From an uncultured bacterium (GTDB lineage: Bacteria; Acidobacteriota; Thermoanaerobaculia; Multivoradales; JAHZIX01): a stretch of DNA of 64,000 nt. The notes below the pieces were generated by a model. The model did not search any database. It had not been told where the DNA came from and saw nothing but the letters and a program-made list of their open reading frames with translations. A program made the position numbers and the translations under genes. Shown here piece after piece: positions 8,501-33,965 of the stretch (the stretch's first letter is position 1; every line of letters begins with the position of its first letter). The stretch is from NCBI GenBank assembly GCA_965368975.1, contig CBDUPA010000012.1, positions 1 to 64,000 of the forward strand, written 5' to 3'.

Positions 8501-11118
8501 TGTTCGACGTCGGTGCCAACATCGGCCTGTTCAGCCTCTATGCCCACCTGGCGCAAGACGACGTACGCCTGTTCGCCTTCGAGCCGATCCCGGAGACCTG
8601 CGCGGTGCTGCGCAGCAACCTCGAACTCTACGGTGCGGCGGCCCACGTCGAGTCCTGCGGCCTGTCCAACCGCAGCGGCTCGGTGCGCTTCGCCTACTAC
8701 CCGCTGTCCTCCTGCCAGAGCGGCTACTATCCCGACGAGTCGCAAGAGCGCTACATGTTGGAAGCGATCATCGAGCGCCAGAGCAGCGATCCGGAAGCCT
8801 TCTCGCTGGCGCGCGACTACTTCTCCGACCTGGTCGACCGGCGCATGCAGCGGCAGATGATCGACTGCCCGCTCAAGACGGTGTCGCAGGTGGTGGCGGA
8901 GCACGGGCTGGAGCACATCGACCTGCTCAAGATCGACGTCGAGAAGAGTGAGCTCGACGTGCTCGAGGGCGTGCGCGACGAAGACTGGCCGAAGATCCGC
9001 CAGCTGTCAATCGAAGCCCACGACCTGGAGGGGCGCCTGGACGACATCACGCGCCTGCTCGAAGCCCGCGGCTACCGCGTCACGGTGCAGCAGGAAGACG
9101 CGCTGCTCGACGAGACCTGTCTGTTCAACGTCTATGCCGCGCGCCGGAGCGCCGACGCGTCCACCGACGCCGCGCCGCCAGCGCCGCGACTGCCGCAGCA
9201 CCTGCTCGCGGGCCGGCCGGATGCCGAGGCGCTGCGCCGGGCGCTGGCCGAGGTGCTGCCCGAGACGCTGGTGCCGGCGTCCTTCGTGCTGCTCGACACG
9301 CTGCCACGGACGCCGGGAGGCAAGGTCGACGCGCGGGCGCTGCCGGAGCCGGAAGCGGTGTCGATGCCCGGCGTGGTGCGCGACGAACCGACGCCGGCCG
9401 AAGAGATCGTCAGCGGTATCTTCGCCGACCTGCTGCAGCGTGAACGCCTGGGGCTGGACGACGATTTCTTCGTCCTGGGAGGCCATTCGCTACTCGCCAC
9501 CCAGGCCGTGCTGCGCATCCAGCAGGCCTTCGAGGTCGACCTGCCGCTGCAGAAGCTGTTCGAATTGCCGACCGTCCGCGCCCTGACGCGAGCGGTGACC
9601 GCCGCCACCGAGCAGCGCCGTGGCCAGGCGCTGCCGCCGCTGGTGGCGGTGAGCGAGCACGAGGATCTGCCGCTGTCCTACGAGCAGCAGCGCCTGTGGT
9701 TCCTGGACCAGCTGCGCCCGGGCGACCCGGCGTTCAACATCCCTGGCGCTCTGCGCGTCACGGGACCGCTGGCGGTGCCGGTGCTGCACCGAGCGCTCGC
9801 CGCCCTGGTGGCCCGCCACGCCTCGCTGCGCACGCACTTCACCAGCGGTCCGGACGGCCTGCCGCGGCAGGTGATCCGCCCGGCGATTCTGTCTCAGGAG
9901 AGGTCTCAGGAGAGGTCTCTACCGTTGCCGCTGGTCGATCTGCGCGCGCTGCCCGAGGCGCAGCGCCGGCCGCAGGGCGAACAGCTGCTGGCCCGTGCCG
10001 CCCAGCACCGCTTCGAGCTGGCCCGCGGTCCGCTGTTCCGCGGCCTGCTGCTGCGCGAGGCGCCGGACGTCCACGCTCTCCATCTCAACCTGCACCACAT
10101 CGTTGGCGACGCCTGGTCCAACGGCATCCTGGTGCGCGAGCTGGCGGCCCTGGTCGACGCTTTCGGCCGCGGCTTGCCGTCACCGCTACCCGAGCTGCCG
10201 ATCCAGTACGCCGACTACGCCCACTGGCAGCGGCAGTGGCTGCAGGGCGAGGTCCTCGACCAGCTGGTCGACTCGTGGCGCCGCACCCTGGAGGGAGCTC
10301 CGCCGCGCATCGAGCTGCCGCTGGATCGGCCGCGGGGTTCCGGCGTGCGCGGCGGCAGCCACCTGTTGGAGCTACCGACCTCGGTCGCCGACCGTCTCGA
10401 CGCGCTCGGCCGGAGCCACCAGTGCAGCCTGTTCATGACCCTGCTGGCGGCGCTCGACGTCACCTTGCACAGCTACAGCGGCGCTACCGACCTGGTGGTC
10501 GGAGCGGACGTCGCCCATCGCAGCCGGGTCGAGACCGAAGCCTTGATCGGCTTCTTCGTCAACCAGATCGTGCTGCGTGTCGATCTGGGCGGGGATCCCT
10601 CCTTCGCCGAGTTGCTGGCCCGGGTGCGCAAGGTGGCGCTGAGTGCCTACGAGCGGCAGGACCTGCCGTTCGACCGGCTGGTCGAGGTGATCAATCCGGA
10701 TCGCGACGCCCACCACGCGCCGATTTTCCAGGTCAAGCTGGTGGTGCAGAACACGCCTCCGGCGGCGCTGTCGCTGGGCGGCGGACTGGCGGTCGAGGTG
10801 GTGCCGGCGGCACCGCGCGCGGCGGCCGAAGACCTGTTGGTCAACGCCCTGCGCGGCGCCAACGGGCTGAGCTTGAACTTCAAGTACAACGCCGAGCTGT
10901 TCTTGGCCTCGACCATCGAGGGGCTGGCGCAGCGCCTGGCCCGGGTGCTCGAAGCGGCCGCCGCCGCACCGGCGATCCCGCTGAGCGAGCTGGTGAGCCA
11001 GGTACAGGCGGCCGAGCGCGAGCGCCAGTCGCGGCAGGCCGAGCAACGCGGCGCCGCGCTTGGGAGCAAGCTGCAGAAGGTGCGCCGCCGTGCGGCGCGG
11101 CCGGAGACGCTCAGTTGA
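5566..11118 (+). CDS. NRPS: interface - A (interrupted by FkbM-type methyltransferase) - T - C
   Basis: ATG 5566 after AGGAG is preferred over the track start 5497. N-terminus GFPLSPQQ with degenerate SPLMADG. A motifs YTSGSRGEPKG, NLYGPTE. Insert ~8350-9210 with FDVGANIG, AFEP, LLKIDVEKSE. PCP FFVLGGHSL. Terminal C domain HHIVGDAWS. Confidence 0.93.
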   Translation: MTQTPAQGSLDGFPLSPQQRRAWRVLDAGGPACVWTEVSLEGEIEAAALARALGDVAERWEILRTRFARLPGMALPVQVIEPPAPVAVQEQAVAGEAQLPELIGILTATAPAGDAAPPIACHLVRTGPGRATLLLRLSPLMADGTGLSCLVDELASNLGRQPAESVEEEAEILQYADFAQWQNDGLTDEDGAEGRQLWRSCPLPDELPELPFEPPSVAPGAVSTRRRQPLPKGWGARADALAEQLDVPVEAVLLAAWQVLLGRVAGTRQPLVWCALDGRGYDELERALGLYHRFVPLIADLAATVRTRDLIERLGERLEEMSLWQEYLAWDVEDAAPGEEPLELPWAFESTALPLPRSVAGVRVAVHQQDGCGERCDLRLAVHRGEQGLSGEQELSADLWFEHARLTPVAAERLAESFVALLEQILAEPERALADLDLLSPAQRRQVLQEWGHGPAAEGPPISGVPGVAELVLRATQGRADAIAYCQGGRALSYGALAARVAALAANLRDAGLQREDPVAVCLRRGPEMAAAFLAVLRAGGVAVALSADQPPRRLERVLADLQPRCILAEEATVPALPPGEIPLTLVSSVPVAPLPAAPEPAFPPPLPEQLAYVVYTSGSRGEPKGIATPHSGVVNYLSQLAGVLDLGPGDSVLQLPELIYDASMRDLWTPLLGGARVVLAEEAQVRDPAALLELMRLQRVSALLSVVPTVLRALLAAGRDSVHACPAVHTLLLSGEKLRLEDVEGARRLFAPDARVVNLYGPTEATMTSTAYTLPPAGTAPAAHAGTLAIGRPITGVEVFVTDAAARPVLPGTPGEALIGGAGLARGYWRQPALTAASFGPDPFATEAGRRLLHTGDLVRHDDGGELTILGRRDQQIKLRGVRVEPGEIEGELRRLDGVRDAVVLARQESETAPPSLTAWVVTEDPLAAIPQDQRYQLPNGMPIRHLNRYETDFFYQQIFEDRVDVKSGLDLPPGAVVFDVGANIGLFSLYAHLAQDDVRLFAFEPIPETCAVLRSNLELYGAAAHVESCGLSNRSGSVRFAYYPLSSCQSGYYPDESQERYMLEAIIERQSSDPEAFSLARDYFSDLVDRRMQRQMIDCPLKTVSQVVAEHGLEHIDLLKIDVEKSELDVLEGVRDEDWPKIRQLSIEAHDLEGRLDDITRLLEARGYRVTVQQEDALLDETCLFNVYAARRSADASTDAAPPAPRLPQHLLAGRPDAEALRRALAEVLPETLVPASFVLLDTLPRTPGGKVDARALPEPEAVSMPGVVRDEPTPAEEIVSGIFADLLQRERLGLDDDFFVLGGHSLLATQAVLRIQQAFEVDLPLQKLFELPTVRALTRAVTAATEQRRGQALPPLVAVSEHEDLPLSYEQQRLWFLDQLRPGDPAFNIPGALRVTGPLAVPVLHRALAALVARHASLRTHFTSGPDGLPRQVIRPAILSQERSQERSLPLPLVDLRALPEAQRRPQGEQLLARAAQHRFELARGPLFRGLLLREAPDVHALHLNLHHIVGDAWSNGILVRELAALVDAFGRGLPSPLPELPIQYADYAHWQRQWLQGEVLDQLVDSWRRTLEGAPPRIELPLDRPRGSGVRGGSHLLELPTSVADRLDALGRSHQCSLFMTLLAALDVTLHSYSGATDLVVGADVAHRSRVETEALIGFFVNQIVLRVDLGGDPSFAELLARVRKVALSAYERQDLPFDRLVEVINPDRDAHHAPIFQVKLVVQNTPPAALSLGGGLAVEVVPAAPRAAAEDLLVNALRGANGLSLNFKYNAELFLASTIEGLAQRLARVLEAAAAAPAIPLSELVSQVQAAERERQSRQAEQRGAALGSKLQKVRRRAARPETLS

Positions 11119-11171
11119 GAGGCCAGTTAGATGGGCAGTTGAGAGGCCAGTTGACATGGCCGTTGAACGGA
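11112..11171. repeat. 12-bp-period direct repeat x5, starting over the NRPS stop codon
   Basis: cagttgagaggc / cagttagatggg / cagttgagaggc / cagttgacatgg / ccgttgaacgga. Confidence 0.8.
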
Positions 11172-11239
11172 GTCATCGAAGAATGTCCGCCGCGGTGGCC
11201 TTGCCGCCAGCCGGACCCACAGGAGAAAGGATCGCTATC

Positions 11240-12295
11240 ATGAGCCTCACTGGTCCCCGCAAGAAGAGCCTCGCCGGTCCCGGCGGCGGTCGCCGCAAGG
11301 GCGTCAGCCTGGCGCAGGAGAGCACCATCAAGACCCGCGAACTGGCGCCCGGCGAGTCGCTGCCGCTGGTGGTCGAACCCGCGGTTCCCGGCGTCGAACT
11401 GCTGGCCTGGGCCGAGCACCACCGCGATTTCATCGAGCAGAAGATCCTGCTGCACGGCGGTGTCCTGTTCCGCGGCTTCGACGTTCGTTCGATCCCGGAC
11501 TTCGAGCGCTTCATCGCCATCGCCTCTGGCGGCGCGCTGGAGTACAAATACCGGTCGTCGCCGCGCACCTCGGTGGGGGAGAACATCTACACCTCGACCG
11601 ACTACCCGGCCGACCAGAGCATCTTCCCGCACAACGAGCACTCCTACTCGCCGAGCTTCCCGCTGCGCCTGTTCTTCTTCTGCGTCACGCCCGCGGCTAC
11701 CGGTGGTGAGACGCCGCTGGGCGACTGCCGCAAGATCCTGGCGCGCATCGATCCCGAGATCCGCGACGAGTTCAAGGCCAAGGGCATCATGTACGTGCGC
11801 AACTTCGGCGACGGTTTCGGCTTGCCCTGGCGCACCGTCTTCCAGACCGACGACCCGGCCGAGGTCGAGGCCTACTGCCAGGCGCAAGGGCTGAACGCCG
11901 AGTGGAAGGACGGCGATCGTCTGCGCACGCGGCGCGTCGGACCGGCGATCTTCCAGCACCCGCGCACGGGGGAGGAGCTGTGGTTCAACCACGCCGCCTT
12001 CTACCACTGGACGACCCTCGAACCGACCGCCCGCGAGCAGCTGTCGCGGGTCTTCGCCGAGGACGAGATGCCCAACAACACCTTCTATGGCGACGGCACG
12101 CCGATCTCGCCCGAGGTGGCCGAGCACCTGCGCCGCGCCTACCTCGACGAGCTGGTGGTCTTCCCCTGGCAGACCGGCGACCTGCTGGCGCTCGACAACA
12201 TGCTGGCGATCCATGCGCGTAACCCCTACGGCGGCGCGCGCAAGGTGGTGGTCGGCATGGCGGAACAGCTCAACGCCGAGGACCTGGTGTCTTGA
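11240..12295 (+). CDS. Second TauD/SyrP-like aminoacyl beta-hydroxylase
   Basis: ATG 11240 after AGGAGAAAGGA. HGGVLFRGF, IYTSTDYP, PHNEHSY, GGETPLGD, DNMLAIHARNPY; paralogous to 4509..5561. Confidence 0.92.
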   Translation: MSLTGPRKKSLAGPGGGRRKGVSLAQESTIKTRELAPGESLPLVVEPAVPGVELLAWAEHHRDFIEQKILLHGGVLFRGFDVRSIPDFERFIAIASGGALEYKYRSSPRTSVGENIYTSTDYPADQSIFPHNEHSYSPSFPLRLFFFCVTPAATGGETPLGDCRKILARIDPEIRDEFKAKGIMYVRNFGDGFGLPWRTVFQTDDPAEVEAYCQAQGLNAEWKDGDRLRTRRVGPAIFQHPRTGEELWFNHAAFYHWTTLEPTAREQLSRVFAEDEMPNNTFYGDGTPISPEVAEHLRRAYLDELVVFPWQTGDLLALDNMLAIHARNPYGGARKVVVGMAEQLNAEDLVS

Positions 12296-12344
12296 TCCAG
12301 GGCCCTGATCGCGATTTCGACGGCACATACTTGGAGGGCGATTG

Positions 12345-29717
<17,373 letters not shown>

Positions 29718-29750
29718 CCGCCGCCGGTCAAGACTGGAGAAGGAAGTAAC

Positions 29751-31451
29751 GTGAGACAAGTTGTCCGGTTCCTCTTGCGCTATTCGCGCGCCTCGACCCT
29801 GGCGGCCATCGGGCTGGGGTTGATCAGCGGTGCCTGTGCCTCGGCCGTCGTGGCCCTGGTCACCCAGGCGATCAGCGAAACCGACCCGGAGCAGAAGCAG
29901 ATACAGCTGCTCACCTTCATCGCGGTCGGTATCGCCCTGCCGATCACTGCCGTGCTCACCCAGTACCTGCTCGGCCGCACCAACCAGCGGGCGGTGCTCG
30001 CGCTGCGCCGGGAACTGGTGCGGCGCTTGCTCGACCTACCGCTGCGCCAGCTGGAAAACCTGGGCGCCAACCGCCTGATCACCTTCCTCACCCAGGACAT
30101 CAGCAGCATCTCCGGCTCCATCGTCATGATGTCGACGCTGCTGATCAACAGCACCTTCGTCATCGGCATGCTGGCCTACCTGATCTGGATCTCCTGGCAA
30201 GGCTTCCTGGTCATGCTCGGCGTCATCCTGCTGGTCATGATCACGCAGCGCATCCCGTCGCGCGCCGTGTCGCGACTGCTGCGCAAGGTTCGCGTGGTCT
30301 CGGACGAACTCTACGACCAGTTCCGAGCGCTGATCTTCGGCAACAAGGAACTCAAGGTGCACCAGGATCGCCGCCAGGCCTTCTACGCCGACTTCGACCA
30401 GACCGCCAAGGCCCTGTGCGATGGCAACGTGCGTGCGGTCACCCTGATGATGGTGGCCAGCAGCTGGTACCGCCTGCTGATCCTGAGTCTCGTCGGTGTG
30501 CTGGTCTTTGGTCCTTTCGACCTGCTGCAGTTCGATTCCGAGAAGATGACGCTGTTCATCCTCATCGTCTTCGTGGTCGGCAATCTCGTGCAGCAGTTCA
30601 ACAACAATGCGACTTCCATCACCACCGCCGGCGTGGCGCTGGACAAGCTCGGCGACCTGGGCTTCTCGCTCGAAGTCACGCAGCCGGCGGCGGCTCTCTC
30701 TGCACCGGCTCTCTCCTCGGCGGCTCTCTCCTCGGCGGCCCTCTCCTCGGAAGATGCGCCGCGCCGCGAAGTCCCGCCGTGGCGGCGCATCGAGCTGTGC
30801 GGCGTCACCCATGCCTACCGCCGCGAGGATCGGCCGGAAGTCGAGAACTTCAGCATCGGTCCGATCGATCTGACCTTCGAGCCGGGGCAGTTGGTGATCC
30901 TGGCCGGCGGCAACGGCAGTGGCAAGACCACGTTGGCCAAGCTGCTGGTCGGTCTCTACGCGCCGGAGTCGGGTGTCATCCGGGTCGATGGCCAGGAGAT
31001 CGGCGAGGCCGAGCGTGACGCCTACCGTCAGCACTTCTCGGTCGTCTTTTCCGACTTCTTCCTCTTCGACCGTCTGCTCGGCTTCGACGCGACCCAGGTC
31101 GACGAGCACGCCCAGCAGTACTTGCACAAGCTGCAGCTGGATCACAAGCTCGATATCCAGCAAGGCGTGTTCTCGACCACCGACCTGTCGCAGGGCCAGC
31201 GCAAGCGCCTGGCGCTGTTGACCAGCTACATCGAAGATCGCTCGTTCTACGTCTTCGACGAGTGGGCTGCCGATCAAGACCCGCTGTTCAAGCGCTTCTT
31301 CTACGAGGAGTTGTTGCCCGAGCTCAAGCAGCGCGGCAAGATGGTCCTGGCCATCAGTCACGACGACCACTACTACCACGTCGCGGATCGCATCATCCGG
31401 CTGGACTACGGCAAGGTCGAAGCCATCGAAGAAGCAGGGGAGACAGGATGA
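29751..31451 (+). CDS. Cyclic peptide export ABC transporter, SyrD/PvdE family
   Basis: N-terminal TM domain, Walker A GGNGSGKTT, LSQGQRKRLALL and the family motif FDEWAADQDP. Confidence 0.93.
   Translation: MRQVVRFLLRYSRASTLAAIGLGLISGACASAVVALVTQAISETDPEQKQIQLLTFIAVGIALPITAVLTQYLLGRTNQRAVLALRRELVRRLLDLPLRQLENLGANRLITFLTQDISSISGSIVMMSTLLINSTFVIGMLAYLIWISWQGFLVMLGVILLVMITQRIPSRAVSRLLRKVRVVSDELYDQFRALIFGNKELKVHQDRRQAFYADFDQTAKALCDGNVRAVTLMMVASSWYRLLILSLVGVLVFGPFDLLQFDSEKMTLFILIVFVVGNLVQQFNNNATSITTAGVALDKLGDLGFSLEVTQPAAALSAPALSSAALSSAALSSEDAPRREVPPWRRIELCGVTHAYRREDRPEVENFSIGPIDLTFEPGQLVILAGGNGSGKTTLAKLLVGLYAPESGVIRVDGQEIGEAERDAYRQHFSVVFSDFFLFDRLLGFDATQVDEHAQQYLHKLQLDHKLDIQQGVFSTTDLSQGQRKRLALLTSYIEDRSFYVFDEWAADQDPLFKRFFYEELLPELKQRGKMVLAISHDDHYYHVADRIIRLDYGKVEAIEEAGETG
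30688..30750 (+). repeat. 15-bp in-frame repeat x4 (AALSA/PALSS/AALSS/AALSS) in the exporter linker
   Basis: gcggctctctctgca ccggctctctcctcg gcggctctctcctcg gcggccctctcctcg. Confidence 0.85.
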
Positions 31452-33865
31452 ACGGTATCTGGACGGACTTGCGCTTCGCCTTGCGCATGTTGCTGCGCCA
31501 CCCGGGGACCGCCTTGGTGGCGATCCTCACCTTCGCACTGGGCATCGGCATCACCACCACCATGTACGGCATCGTCAGCGGTGTCTTGCAGGATCTGCCG
31601 TTCGAGGGTTCCGAGCGCCTGATGCACGTCGAGACGAGCCGGTTCTCCAAGGGCATCGAGAGCGCCCCGGTGTCGATCCACGACTTCCTCGACTGGCGCC
31701 AGCAGCAAGAGAGCTTCGAAGAGCTGGTCGCCTTCTACCTGGGCACCGCCAACCTGGCCGGCCCGGAGGCGCCGCCGCAGCGCTACCCGGCGGCCTACCT
31801 GACCGCCAACGCCTTCCTGCCGCTGGGCATGCAGCCGCAGCTGGGCCGCTTTTTCAGTGAGGAAGACGAGCGTCTCGGGGCACCGCCGGTGGTGCTGCTC
31901 GGCCACGACATCTGGCAGCAGCGCTTTGCCGGCGATGGCGAGATCCTGAGCCGCCAAGTCCGCGTCAACGGCGAGATGCACCGCGTCGTGGGAGTGCTGC
32001 CGCCCGACTTCGCCTTCCCTGAGCGCCAGAGCCTGTGGCTGCCGCTGCGCGTCGACGCCGTCGCCTTGGAGCGCGGAAGCGGGCCACAGCTGGAGGTCTA
32101 CGGCCGTCTGCACGAAGGCCAGTCGCTGGCCGCGGCGCGCACTGAGCTGGACACCATCTGCCAGCGTCTGGAGGCCGCCTATCCGGACACCAACTCCGGC
32201 CTGCGCACCCTGGTCAAGCCGTACATCCAGGAATTCATCGGCGCGCGCTCGCCAGCCATGCTCAAGGTCATGCTCGGGGCGGTCTTCGGCGTCTTGCTGA
32301 TCGCCTGCGCCAATGTCGCCAACCTGCTGCTGGCGCGCGCCGAGGTGCGCGGCAAGGAGATCGCCGTGCGCTCTGCCTTCGGCGCTCCGCGCGGACGCCT
32401 GATCTTCCAGCTGCTGGTCGAGGTCACGGTCTGGTCGACTCTCGGGGCCGCGCTGGGTCTCGGCCTGGCCTCAATGGGGATCTCGCTCTTCCGGCGCAAC
32501 ATCGAGGGCCTGGAGATCCCCTACTGGATCCACTTCCAGGTCGACCAGCGAGCCTTCTTCTTCGCCTTCGGCGCCGCCTTCCTGGCCAGCCTGCTGGCCG
32601 GCTTGCTGCCGGCGCTCAGCGTTTCGGCGAAGCGTCTCGGTGAGACCCTGAAGGGGCATGAGCGAGGCACGGGAAGCCGTCGCCTCAGTCGCTTCAGCCG
32701 CACCCTGGTCGCCTTCCAGATCGCCGTCTCCGTGGCGCTGCTGGCAGCGACCGGGCTGATGGTGCGGGGGACGCTGAAACTGCAGGAGGTCGACTTTGGC
32801 TTCCCGGCCGGAGAGATCCTGACCGCCAACTTCGAGCTCTTCGACAGCGACTACCCCGAGGCCGTCCAGCGCCAGGCTTTCTTCGACAGCCTGCTGCGCG
32901 GTGTGCGCTCGCTGCCCGAGACCGAAGTGGCCGCCCTGGCCAGCGCCTTGCCGACCCAGCACCCCGGCAACTGGTACTTCGCGCTCGAAGGTGAGAGCTA
33001 CAGCCGCAACGAAGACCATCCGATCACGCGCCAGGTCTTGGTCACCCCCGGCTTCTTCGAAGCCTTCGACGCCGCCCCCATCGACGGGCGAGCGCTGGCC
33101 GCCAGCGACGATGCCGAGCATCCGCCGGTGGCCGTGGTCAACCGATCCTTCGCCCGCCGCCACTTCGGCAGCGAAAGCGCCCTGGGCCGACGCATCCGCT
33201 TTGGCGTCGCCGATTCCGAACGCCCCTGGCGCACGATCGTCGGCGTGGTGCGCGATCTCGCCATCAGCGGCGCCGACGACCAGCAACCCGCCGGCGTCTA
33301 CGTGCCGCTGGCCCAGGAAGACGCGCAGACCCTGAAGCTGGTATTGCGCGTCGCCGGAGACCCAGCGTCGCTGGCGCCGCGCGTGCGCTCGGAAGTCGGG
33401 GCCATCGATGCCAACCTGCCGCTCTACGGGGTCGACACCATGCAGCAGGTGATCCACAAGGGCACCTGGTCGTACGGCGTCTTCACCGAACTCTTCGTGA
33501 TCTTCTCGCTGGTGGCTTGCCTGCTGTCCTCCGTCGGCCTCTACAGCCTGGTGGCCTTCTCGACCGGCCAGCGGCGGCGCGAAATGGGCGTCCGCCGTGC
33601 CCTGGGAGCCACGCGTCGCCAGGTCCTCTCGCAGCTGTTCCGCGAGTCGGCGGTCCAGGTGGCGGTCGGCCTGGCTATCGGCGTCGTCCTGGCGCTGGCT
33701 CTGGGGCAGGCCGTGCGACGCCTGCTGTTCCAAGTGGCGCCCACCGATCCACTGGTGCTGCTGGCCGTCGTCGTGGTGATCGCCGGCGTTTGTGCCCTCG
33801 CCGTGTGGCGCCCAGCGCGGCGGGCCGCCAATACCGATCCGGCAGTGGTCTTGCGCCACGAGTGA
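31448..33865 (+). CDS. Duplicated MacB/FtsX-type ABC permease (ADOP-like)
   Basis: Starts MNGIWTDLRFALRML at an ATGA overlap with the exporter stop. LGIGITT, LLIACANVANLLLAR, REMGVRRALGA, C-terminal DPAVVLRHE. Confidence 0.9.
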   Translation: MNGIWTDLRFALRMLLRHPGTALVAILTFALGIGITTTMYGIVSGVLQDLPFEGSERLMHVETSRFSKGIESAPVSIHDFLDWRQQQESFEELVAFYLGTANLAGPEAPPQRYPAAYLTANAFLPLGMQPQLGRFFSEEDERLGAPPVVLLGHDIWQQRFAGDGEILSRQVRVNGEMHRVVGVLPPDFAFPERQSLWLPLRVDAVALERGSGPQLEVYGRLHEGQSLAAARTELDTICQRLEAAYPDTNSGLRTLVKPYIQEFIGARSPAMLKVMLGAVFGVLLIACANVANLLLARAEVRGKEIAVRSAFGAPRGRLIFQLLVEVTVWSTLGAALGLGLASMGISLFRRNIEGLEIPYWIHFQVDQRAFFFAFGAAFLASLLAGLLPALSVSAKRLGETLKGHERGTGSRRLSRFSRTLVAFQIAVSVALLAATGLMVRGTLKLQEVDFGFPAGEILTANFELFDSDYPEAVQRQAFFDSLLRGVRSLPETEVAALASALPTQHPGNWYFALEGESYSRNEDHPITRQVLVTPGFFEAFDAAPIDGRALAASDDAEHPPVAVVNRSFARRHFGSESALGRRIRFGVADSERPWRTIVGVVRDLAISGADDQQPAGVYVPLAQEDAQTLKLVLRVAGDPASLAPRVRSEVGAIDANLPLYGVDTMQQVIHKGTWSYGVFTELFVIFSLVACLLSSVGLYSLVAFSTGQRRREMGVRRALGATRRQVLSQLFRESAVQVAVGLAIGVVLALALGQAVRRLLFQVAPTDPLVLLAVVVVIAGVCALAVWRPARRAANTDPAVVLRHE

Positions 33866-33891
33866 CGGGGGTGCTGTGCCCTGGTGACGGC

Positions 33892-33930
33892 ACGACCCTG
33901 CAGCACGCGGAGTGTCCTGCAGGGTCGTTT
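33892..33930. terminator. Stem-loop between convergent genes, likely (bidirectional) terminator
   Basis: acgaccctgcag (33892-33903) pairs with ctgcagggtcgt (33917-33928); only a short T run follows. Confidence 0.6.
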
Positions 33931-33965
33931 CATGACCGAGGTTTCGCCCTCGTCGGCTGCGGCTC

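Noticed and set aside
11112-11171. Repeat arrays (also 1-64, 4440-4487, 52088-52206) as possible CRISPR
   Set aside because: Units are contiguous 12-24 bp with no unique spacers, and no cas genes are present.
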